NCBI GenBank assembly: GCA_028699215.1
Contig: JAQVVB010000001.1
Location: 1 to 43,044 of the forward strand
Direction of reading: 5' to 3'
Length of the DNA: 43,044 nt
Origin: Sphaerochaeta sp.
GTDB lineage: Bacteria; Spirochaetota; Spirochaetia; Sphaerochaetales; Sphaerochaetaceae
The translations under genes were made by a program, and so were the position numbers. The first letter of the stretch is position 1, and each line of letters opens with the position of its first letter. Below, piece by piece: positions 22,729-30,463 of the stretch. Under the pieces are notes generated by a model, which did not search any database, was not told the DNA's origin, and saw only the letters and a list, made by a program, of their open reading frames with translations.

Positions 22729-24261
22729 ATGAATATTATACTTGTTATCCTCCTTAGTTGTTTTATTGGTGTCATCTTAGGTTGGTTATGCCGTTGGCTG
22801 TATGCGAAATTTAAGCTTACCTCAGTCGAGCAGAGAGCTGTAAGACTGAATCAGGAAGCAATAAAGGAAGCGGAAGCAAAGAGCAAAGAGCTCTTGCTTG
22901 AGACTCGGGATCAGTTGTTGAAAGAACAACAACAGCAGGAACGAGAGGCTAGAGAAAGGCGAATTGAATTGCAGCGCTCTGAAAGACGACTCTTGCAAAA
23001 AGAGGAGAATCTTGAGCATAAGCAAGCTGAATTGGATGCTATCAAAAAGCAATTAGGAGATCGGGAAGCGAGTCTTTCCAGAAAAGAGCTTGATGTTGCC
23101 GCGAAAGAAGGCAGCCTGATAACTGAACTTGAACGCATCGCAGGCATGACTGCAGATGAGGCTAAAAACAACATCATGGAGAGCATGTATAACGATGCTC
23201 GGCGTGATGCGCAAATCATGATCAATAAAATCGAACAGGAAGCGCAGCTTTCTGCCGATAAGAAGGCACGTGACATCGTTGTTACCTCAATCCAAAGACT
23301 TGCTACAGAAGTCACAAGTGATGTAACCATTAGTTCTGTCAGTTTACCCAGTGATGAAATGAAGGGTAGGATTATCGGCCGTGAAGGTCGCAATATCCGT
23401 ACCTTGGAAACACTCACGGGGGTTGATGTCATTATTGATGATACTCCAGAGGCTGTAGTCATATCTTGTTTCGATCCAGTACGGAAAGAGATTGCTAGAG
23501 TATCTCTTGAACGACTCGTTCAGGATGGTAGAATTCATCCTGCTCGGATTGAAGAAGTGGTCAACAAAGTAACCAAGGAAATTGGTAGAATCATCGCTGA
23601 TGAAGGCGAAAAAGTCATTTTTGATCTTGGTGTTCACAACGTGGGACCTGAAACTATCAGGGCTCTAGGTCGTCTTTACTTCAGAACCAGCTATGGACAA
23701 AATGTTCTCAGCCATTCAAAGGAAGTTGCCATTCTTTCTGGTATGATAGCCAGTGAAGTTGGTGCAAACAGTGAACTTGCAATGCGAGCGGGACTGTTGC
23801 ATGATATCGGAAAGGGTATCGAAACTGAGAGTGATGCAAACCATGCTGAGCTTGGTGCTGATATGGCAAAACGTCTTGGTGAAGATCCTCGTATAGTAAA
23901 TGCTATATTGGCTCACCATAATGATGTAGAGCCGACAACACTTGAAGCAGTCATCGTACAAATTGCTGATGCTATCAGTGCAGCACGACCTGGTGCTCGT
24001 AGAGAGACCTTGGACAACTATATCAAGAGACTTGAATCACTAGAGAACATTGCTGAGAGTTTCAGTGGGGTTGATAAGGCATATGCCATTCAAGCTGGAC
24101 GGGAACTTAGAATTCTTGTGAATAATGATACGGTTTCAGACGATGGAGCCAAGGATATAGCCAAGGGCATCGCAAGTCGCATTGAAGCTGAATTGCGGTA
24201 TCCCGGTAGGATTAAGGTGACCATCATTCGAGAAATGAGGGTTGTCGAGTATGCTAGGTAG
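22729..24261 (+). CDS. rny: Ribonuclease Y
   Basis: N-terminal TM, coiled coil, KH motif MKGRIIGREGRNIR, HD motif LLHDIGK, ADAISAARPGAR. Confidence 0.97.
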   Translation: MNIILVILLSCFIGVILGWLCRWLYAKFKLTSVEQRAVRLNQEAIKEAEAKSKELLLETRDQLLKEQQQQEREARERRIELQRSERRLLQKEENLEHKQAELDAIKKQLGDREASLSRKELDVAAKEGSLITELERIAGMTADEAKNNIMESMYNDARRDAQIMINKIEQEAQLSADKKARDIVVTSIQRLATEVTSDVTISSVSLPSDEMKGRIIGREGRNIRTLETLTGVDVIIDDTPEAVVISCFDPVRKEIARVSLERLVQDGRIHPARIEEVVNKVTKEIGRIIADEGEKVIFDLGVHNVGPETIRALGRLYFRTSYGQNVLSHSKEVAILSGMIASEVGANSELAMRAGLLHDIGKGIETESDANHAELGADMAKRLGEDPRIVNAILAHHNDVEPTTLEAVIVQIADAISAARPGARRETLDNYIKRLESLENIAESFSGVDKAYAIQAGRELRILVNNDTVSDDGAKDIAKGIASRIEAELRYPGRIKVTIIREMRVVEYAR

Positions 24262-24269
24262 GTTACGTA

Positions 24270-25070
24270 GTGTCTGATTCGAAAACACTAGTTGCCCTGC
24301 TGCTCGGGGATGTCTGCGGACAACCCGGATGCAGGGCGCTTTTCATGGGCCTTGGCGCTCTTGTCAAGGATTACCGTGCAGACTTGGTCGTAGTCAATGG
24401 CGAGAATGCTGCCAATGGCTTCGGCCTTTCTGTATCCCTTATGGAACAGTTTTTCTCATATGGTGTCGATGTAATTACCAGTGGAAACCATATCTGGCAA
24501 CAGGATGAACTGCGATCATATCTTGATAGCGAAAAACGTTTGCTTCGACCGGGTAATTATCCTCCCCAGGCTCCAGGCCACGGGTCTGTCGTTGTGGATT
24601 GTAAAGGTCATAAGGTAGGGGTTCTCAACCTGCAAGGGCGAATGTCTCTTCCTGCCATAGACTGTCCTTTCAGGGTTGGTATGGAGCAGGTCCAGAAGCT
24701 GCATAAACAGACACCCCTGATATTGGTCGATTTTCATGCAGAGAATACTGAAGAAAAAGAAGCTTTGGGCCTCTATTTGGATGGCAAGATTTCAATCATG
24801 GTTGGAACACATACTCATGTTCAGACTGCAGATGAGAAGATCCTCCCCAACAAGACCGCCTACATCACAGACCTTGGTCTTTGTGGGCCTTCTGAGAGTG
24901 TAATTGGATCAAAGCCTGAGATTTCAATCGCCAGACAACTGACTCAAATGCCATTACGGAGTGAAATTTCTGATAATTCTCCAGTGTTGCAGGGGGTTTG
25001 TGTTACCCTCGATACATTGACGGGCAATGCTTTACACATTGAACGCTTCAGCAGGACCTTTGCCATTTGA
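24270..25070 (+). CDS. YmdB/TIGR00282-family metallophosphoesterase
   Basis: GDVCG, VNGENAA, TSGNHIW, VDFHAE, GTHTHVQTAD; conserved position after rny. Confidence 0.93.
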   Translation: MSDSKTLVALLLGDVCGQPGCRALFMGLGALVKDYRADLVVVNGENAANGFGLSVSLMEQFFSYGVDVITSGNHIWQQDELRSYLDSEKRLLRPGNYPPQAPGHGSVVVDCKGHKVGVLNLQGRMSLPAIDCPFRVGMEQVQKLHKQTPLILVDFHAENTEEKEALGLYLDGKISIMVGTHTHVQTADEKILPNKTAYITDLGLCGPSESVIGSKPEISIARQLTQMPLRSEISDNSPVLQGVCVTLDTLTGNALHIERFSRTFAI

Positions 25071-25846
25071 TGAAATCACGGAAGAAGCCATTGTTGCAAC
25101 TGCTCAGCAAGCAGTACGAACAATACACAAAAGATCAACTCACCGCCTTTATTGCTTGTAAGAATGTGTATGCAAATGGAGTATTGGTGACTGACCCCAG
25201 ACAGCTTTTGGATTGTGAAAGCGAATTTTCATTCACTTTTGATACCTATGTTTCTCGAGGTGGCTACAAGCTGGCTCATGCTCTGGATACGTTTGCCCTT
25301 TCTGTCGATGGAATGGTGATGCTTGATGCCGGATCCTCAACCGGAGGCTTTACCGATTGTCTCTTACAACGTGGGGCAAAACTCGTACATAGTGTCGATG
25401 TGGGATATAATCAGCTGGACTGGCGTCTTAGGACCGATAGTCATGTTGTTGTTCATGAAAAGCAGAACATCATGACATTGGAAACATTATCTCCAGCACC
25501 AGAAGCGGCAGTATGTGACCTTTCTTTTCGTTCTATCGGAGGAGCTGCGTCGCATATTCTCAACCTTTGTCAGAACAGTTGGTTGGTTTCCCTAATCAAG
25601 CCACAATTTGAAGTTCCTAAGGGCCTGGCAAACTTTACCGGGGTTGTTTCGGACCCGAAGTTGTTGGAAGATGTCATGATTCGTGTCTATGAGTTCTTGT
25701 CTGAAGAAGGAGTGGGCATTCACAATGTAGTCAAGAGTCCTATTACCGGGCATAAAGGTAACATTGAGTTTCTAGCGCTTTTAAAGCTCTCGAAAGGATT
25801 GGATGTATCGGATTTTGCTGGAAAGATAACGGCTACTCTGAAATAG
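25070..25846 (+). CDS. tlyA: TlyA-family rRNA 2'-O-methyltransferase
   Basis: YVSRGGYKL, LDAGSSTGGFTDCLLQRGA, VDVGYNQL, LIKPQFE, GNIEFL; TGATG coupling to the upstream gene. Confidence 0.92.
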   Translation: MKSRKKPLLQLLSKQYEQYTKDQLTAFIACKNVYANGVLVTDPRQLLDCESEFSFTFDTYVSRGGYKLAHALDTFALSVDGMVMLDAGSSTGGFTDCLLQRGAKLVHSVDVGYNQLDWRLRTDSHVVVHEKQNIMTLETLSPAPEAAVCDLSFRSIGGAASHILNLCQNSWLVSLIKPQFEVPKGLANFTGVVSDPKLLEDVMIRVYEFLSEEGVGIHNVVKSPITGHKGNIEFLALLKLSKGLDVSDFAGKITATLK

Positions 25847-26384
25847 TCTGCTCCTCATTTTCAATGAGAAGAATCATGTCCTTTATACGAGAAAAGGATG
25901 TTGCTGTTTTTCTGATTTGTTCTTTTGCTTTGTCTTGATCAGGACTCTGTAGGAACTCTTTGGTAACATCAACATAGAGGATGCCGTTTGAAAGGGTAAT
26001 CCCTATCAGGCGGGTTTCAGGATGAATATAGGAAACTGCTCCCTTGCTTAGGGCTTGCTGGTCAGGACCGGCGAGCAGACTCTCGAATGTGTCATGATAC
26101 ACAGAGCCTCCCAAGCGCATTTGCTGCTGTGGAAAGAGCTGGTAACCTGAAGCATAGGTCGAAAAACAGACGTCAACAGTTCGCATTTCCCTGTTCGAAT
26201 GTACCGTCTCAATGTCCTGCAAAAGAGCCAATACTCCACTTTTATGTATTGACTCTTTTATGATGGGAAAACTGAAGACAACCACAATCAATGAAAACAA
26301 AAACCAAACCCCCCAAGCAAAAAGGATTCTTTTTGTGCCATGTTGGTTGTGCTGTGATTCACTTGTGTCTTTGGGGCTTTCCAT
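25833..26384 (-). CDS. Membrane-anchored protein, probably GerMN domain
   Basis: One N-terminal TM; SLLAGP..E/Q..KGAVSYIHPETRLIGITLSNGILYVDVTKEF..QIRKTATSF matches the GerMN pattern. Confidence 0.75.
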   Translation of the reverse strand: MESPKDTSESQHNQHGTKRILFAWGVWFLFSLIVVVFSFPIIKESIHKSGVLALLQDIETVHSNREMRTVDVCFSTYASGYQLFPQQQMRLGGSVYHDTFESLLAGPDQQALSKGAVSYIHPETRLIGITLSNGILYVDVTKEFLQSPDQDKAKEQIRKTATSFSRIKDMILLIENEEQTISE

Positions 26385-26391
26385 GTTCTTT

Positions 26392-26420
26392 ATTCTAGCG
26401 GAATTGGATGCGGGTTTCCA
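26392..26420 (-). promoter_or_regulatory. Putative promoter of the GerMN-like gene (leaderless geometry)
   Basis: Minus strand: TGGAAA - 17 nt - TAGAAT - 7 nt - ATG; no SD. Confidence 0.5.
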
Positions 26421-26422
26421 GC

Positions 26423-26451
26423 TTTACATGGGAGGATAAAGTCCGTATAGT
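26423..26451 (+). promoter_or_regulatory. Putative promoter of ptsI (near-leaderless geometry)
   Basis: TTTACA - 17 nt - TATAGT - 9 nt - ATG; no SD between the -10 box and the ATG. Confidence 0.6.
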
Positions 26452-26460
26452 ACATTACAT

Positions 26461-28194
26461 ATGAGGATATTCAAGGGGATTGCAGCCTCTGGGGGACTCG
26501 CCAAAGGAAAAGCTTTGGTGCATGTCCGTTCTTCTTTGGTTGCAGAGAAACAACACATCATGGCAGGCGATGTAGCAACGGAACTTGAGAAGTTCCATAA
26601 AGCTATAGAACTTGCAAGAAAAAACTTGGAAGAACACCAGTTGCCAGAGATTTCAGCCGAACCGGCTGAGATTCTTGAAACCCATTTGATGATGCTCTCC
26701 GATCCAGACTATCTTTTACAGATTGAACAATATATAACAACAAATTTGGTTTGTGCCCAATGGGCTGTGGAATATGTAACCAATCACATGATAGAGCTTC
26801 TTGAAAAATCGTTGGATGAGGTGCTTAGGGATCGGGCCGTTGATTTCAAGGACGTCTCCTTGCATTTGCTCAACGCTCTGTCAGGGAAAGGTGCAAGAAG
26901 ATTGGATTCGCTTACCGAGGATGTAATTCTTGTATCTGATTCCCTTATGCCATCAGAACTTTTTGCCATGGACAAGACGCATATCAAGGGGATTGCGTTA
27001 GATGGAGGAGGAAGAGCCAGCCATGTAGCTATTTTGGTTCGGGCTTTCAACATCCCTTCTGTGCTTGCATTAGGTACCGCTTCTCAGAAGGTCCATGATG
27101 GTGATGAAATCATTGTTGATGGCAATTACGGCGAGGTGTTCATTCGTCCCGATCTGGTCGTTTCGCAGAACTTGGATGAACGGTTCGCCCGTTGGCAACA
27201 ACATGAACATGAATTGCATCAGATGGCAGACCTCCCTACGGAAATGACAGATGGTCATGTTGTTTTGTTGAAGTCGAATATCCAGACTGGCTCTGAAGTT
27301 GAGTCGGCTAAATCAATTGGTGCTTCTGGAATTGGCCTTTTTCGTTCGGAATTTTTGTTTATGGATGCTCATGGAGGTTCTTCTGAGGAACAACAATTCC
27401 AGGCATATAAACATGTTGTAGAAGCAATGTCGCCATTGCCTGTAACGATTAGAACCATCGATGTCGGTGGTGACAAAGTGGTCTCAGGGATGGGAATTGA
27501 TGAGAAAAACCCGATTCTAGGCTGGAGAGCTGTTAGATTTTGTCTCTCACGAAAAGATATTTTTACCATACAATTGCGAGCGCTGCTCCGCGCAAGCGTG
27601 TATGGAAAGTTACAGATTATGTTCCCCATGATTAGTGGAGTAGAAGAGTTGAGTGCTGTTTTGCATCTCTTTGACCATGTCAAGGAAGAGTGTAAGATTG
27701 AACATATCCCTTTTGATCCTGACATCAAGGTGGGAACGATGATTGAAGTGCCGTCTGCAGCATTGTGTGCAGACATCCTCGCAAAGAAAGTTGATTTCTT
27801 CTCAATCGGAACCAATGACCTGATCCAATACACAATTGCTGTTGATCGGGGTAATGAGAAGATCGCTTATTTATATCAGCCGTTGCATCCTGGAGTTCTT
27901 CGCTCCATCAAGATGATCGTAGAGAAAGCTCATAAGGGTGGAATTCCTGTGAGCCTCTGCGGTGAAATGGCTTCAGATCCTCTCTATTCCGTGCTGTTGG
28001 CCGGAATGGGGCTGGATGAATTGAGTATGGGGTTCCAAAGCCTCCTTCAAGTCCGCAAGATTCTTCGTGATGTCTCATTCAAAGATGCCAAGCAACTTGC
28101 AGACAATGTGATGGAGATGGACTCCTATCTTACGATTACTACATACATAAGGGAGTGGATGCATGACCGATTCGATCATTTCACCACCATCTGA
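26461..28194 (+). CDS. ptsI: PTS enzyme I (phosphoenolpyruvate-protein phosphotransferase)
   Basis: Phospho-His motif GGRASHVAI, GIGLFRSEF, EKNPILGWRA, MIEVP, FSIGTNDLIQY, CGEMA. Confidence 0.96.
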   Translation: MRIFKGIAASGGLAKGKALVHVRSSLVAEKQHIMAGDVATELEKFHKAIELARKNLEEHQLPEISAEPAEILETHLMMLSDPDYLLQIEQYITTNLVCAQWAVEYVTNHMIELLEKSLDEVLRDRAVDFKDVSLHLLNALSGKGARRLDSLTEDVILVSDSLMPSELFAMDKTHIKGIALDGGGRASHVAILVRAFNIPSVLALGTASQKVHDGDEIIVDGNYGEVFIRPDLVVSQNLDERFARWQQHEHELHQMADLPTEMTDGHVVLLKSNIQTGSEVESAKSIGASGIGLFRSEFLFMDAHGGSSEEQQFQAYKHVVEAMSPLPVTIRTIDVGGDKVVSGMGIDEKNPILGWRAVRFCLSRKDIFTIQLRALLRASVYGKLQIMFPMISGVEELSAVLHLFDHVKEECKIEHIPFDPDIKVGTMIEVPSAALCADILAKKVDFFSIGTNDLIQYTIAVDRGNEKIAYLYQPLHPGVLRSIKMIVEKAHKGGIPVSLCGEMASDPLYSVLLAGMGLDELSMGFQSLLQVRKILRDVSFKDAKQLADNVMEMDSYLTITTYIREWMHDRFDHFTTI

Positions 28195-29740
28195 GACGGA
28201 TACTGAGCAGTTTGATGCTCTTGAAACAAAAATGCCCGTCATCGCTATTATTGGAAGGCCCAATGTGGGCAAATCTACGCTTTTCAATCGCCTTATCGGT
28301 AAGAGAAGAGCAATCACAGACCCTACTCCAGGCGTTACCAGGGATCCTATTCCCGAGCGTTGGCTATTAGGCAATCATCCTGTCACGCTTATCGACTCCG
28401 GTGGAGTCAAGCTGGATAAAGAAGGGATGGATGGCCTGGTTGCTGAAAAGAGCTTAGGCTTGCTTGAAATAAGTGATGCAATTCTCTTCATGATGGATTG
28501 CACCGAAGTAACGCCAGAGGACCGCGAGCTCCTTGCCTATTTACGTCCGTACACAGAGAAGATTGTTTTGGTTGTCAATAAAATCGATGATCCGACGCGA
28601 AATGATCTACTCTGGGAGTACTATAGCTACGGATATCAGCGGGTGATTGGTATTTCTGCGGCACATGGTCTGGGAATCGAAGAACTCGAAGATATGTTAC
28701 TTGGCATGTTGGACATGGTAAGTCTTGAAGAGGCGCCTGAAGAACCGGAAAGCGTAAAAATCGCAATTCTCGGAAAGCCAAACACAGGGAAGAGCACTCT
28801 CACCAATTTACTTGTAGGAAAGGACGTTTCTATTGTCAGTGATATTGCAGGAACTACTCGTGATGTAGTCAGAGGTGCATTTACTTACAAGGGAAGTGAA
28901 TTTTCCGTACTTGATACGGCTGGTATCAGAAGAAAGAGCAAGGTTGATGAAGATGTTGAATATTATTCAGTAAATCGTGCAATCAAGACGATTGATGAAG
29001 CTGATGTCGTCCTGTTGATGATTGATAGTGTCGAAGGTCTTTCCGATCAGGATAAGAAGATAGCTCAATTGATTGTTCGTCGCGGTAAGGGCATCGTATT
29101 GGTGTTGAATAAAATTGACCTGCTTTCAGGCATTGGCAATCAAATAGATGCCATCAAGGATAGAATCAGGTTCTTGTTTCCAATTCTTGCTTTTGCTCCC
29201 ATTACAGCAATCAGTGCAATTAAGGGACAAGAAATCGGTAAGTTGTTGGATACCGTATGGGGTGTCTGGAAGCAGCTGAACAAGCGAGTCGATACTTCTG
29301 TGCTGAATACTGCAATCAAGGATTGGAGTGATACGTATCAACCTCCTAGAGGAAGTCAAGGTCACTATAAGGTCTACTACGGTACTCAAATCAGTGCTAA
29401 TCCAGTGAAGTTCCTCATATTTGTGAATAGGATGAAAGATTTTCCTACGATTTATGTCCAATACCTGAAGAATTGCATCAGACGCGACCTTGGTTTTACC
29501 CAGATTCCAATTGAGATTGACCAACGTGAGAGGCGGAGAAATCCTTCGTTGAATGAGCGGCCGAAGAAGATGCCGGTTTCTGATACTGCTTCAAGGTCAG
29601 CAACACCTCGAAAATCCACTGGAGGCAAAGCTGTAGCAAAGGTAAAGAGAAATAAACCAGGGAACAAGGCTGCTATGGGGAAATCCATGGAACGTACTGC
29701 TAAGCAAATTCGCAATACTAATTCCAAAAAGAGAGGCTAG
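28163..29740 (+). CDS. der: Ribosome biogenesis GTPase Der (EngA) with a basic C-terminal extension
   Basis: Two G domains: GRPNVGKST/GVTRD/DSGG/NKID and GKPNTGKST/GTTRD/DTAG/NKID; GGGAG SD at 28151 (alternative start 28232). Confidence 0.97.
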   Translation: MTDSIISPPSETDTEQFDALETKMPVIAIIGRPNVGKSTLFNRLIGKRRAITDPTPGVTRDPIPERWLLGNHPVTLIDSGGVKLDKEGMDGLVAEKSLGLLEISDAILFMMDCTEVTPEDRELLAYLRPYTEKIVLVVNKIDDPTRNDLLWEYYSYGYQRVIGISAAHGLGIEELEDMLLGMLDMVSLEEAPEEPESVKIAILGKPNTGKSTLTNLLVGKDVSIVSDIAGTTRDVVRGAFTYKGSEFSVLDTAGIRRKSKVDEDVEYYSVNRAIKTIDEADVVLLMIDSVEGLSDQDKKIAQLIVRRGKGIVLVLNKIDLLSGIGNQIDAIKDRIRFLFPILAFAPITAISAIKGQEIGKLLDTVWGVWKQLNKRVDTSVLNTAIKDWSDTYQPPRGSQGHYKVYYGTQISANPVKFLIFVNRMKDFPTIYVQYLKNCIRRDLGFTQIPIEIDQRERRRNPSLNERPKKMPVSDTASRSATPRKSTGGKAVAKVKRNKPGNKAAMGKSMERTAKQIRNTNSKKRG

Positions 29741-29741
29741 G

Positions 29742-30446
29742 ATGAGTTTTCTTGCTTCTCAAGGAATTAAGGCCCTTTGTCTGGACATCGATGGAACACT
29801 GTATTCCAAAAGAATGCTTAATTGGCGGATGTTTCGATCCTCTTTTCCCTCTCTCCGACTTGGTTTGTATTTCAATGCTGTGCGAAAGGAATATCGTGAG
29901 GTTCAAGAAATTGAGCCCACGATTCCTGCCAGTCGCAAAGGATTGCTTGCTCGACAGGCTTCTTTGGTGCTTAAGCGATACGGTATGCAGGATACTCCAG
30001 CTAATCAAGCAAAGATTGCAAAAAGAATCGATAAGCAGTTTTATAAAGCTTGGGAACGGTCTTTTCTTTCCATCAAGCCTCATGCAAAGATGCGTGAGGC
30101 CTTGGTAATGGCAAGACAAGAGGGTATGGTGATTGCAGTTTTCAGCGATTTTCCTCTTGCTGACAAGTTAAAGACGTTAGGAATTGACGATCTTGTGGAT
30201 ATTGCCCTTAGTGCTGAAGATAGTGGTTATCTGAAGCCCAGCAAGAAAGCATTCGCTTACTTGCTTGACCATGTGCAAGTACAACCAAATGAAATTCTTT
30301 ATGTTGGGGATAGTTATAGCAAGGATTGTAAAGGATCCAAGCAGAGTGGTATGTATTCCTGTCTGCTCTCTTCATCAAAAAAAGTCTATACTGATGCTGA
30401 TTTGGTGGTTGGTTCTTGGAAGGAGTTCATTTCTCTGGTACTCTGA
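29742..30446 (+). CDS. HAD-family hydrolase
   Basis: Motif I LDIDGTLY, motif III KP, motif IV YVGDSYSKD. Confidence 0.9.
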   Translation: MSFLASQGIKALCLDIDGTLYSKRMLNWRMFRSSFPSLRLGLYFNAVRKEYREVQEIEPTIPASRKGLLARQASLVLKRYGMQDTPANQAKIAKRIDKQFYKAWERSFLSIKPHAKMREALVMARQEGMVIAVFSDFPLADKLKTLGIDDLVDIALSAEDSGYLKPSKKAFAYLLDHVQVQPNEILYVGDSYSKDCKGSKQSGMYSCLLSSSKKVYTDADLVVGSWKEFISLVL

Positions 30447-30463
30447 TTCAATGGAGGTTTTGT

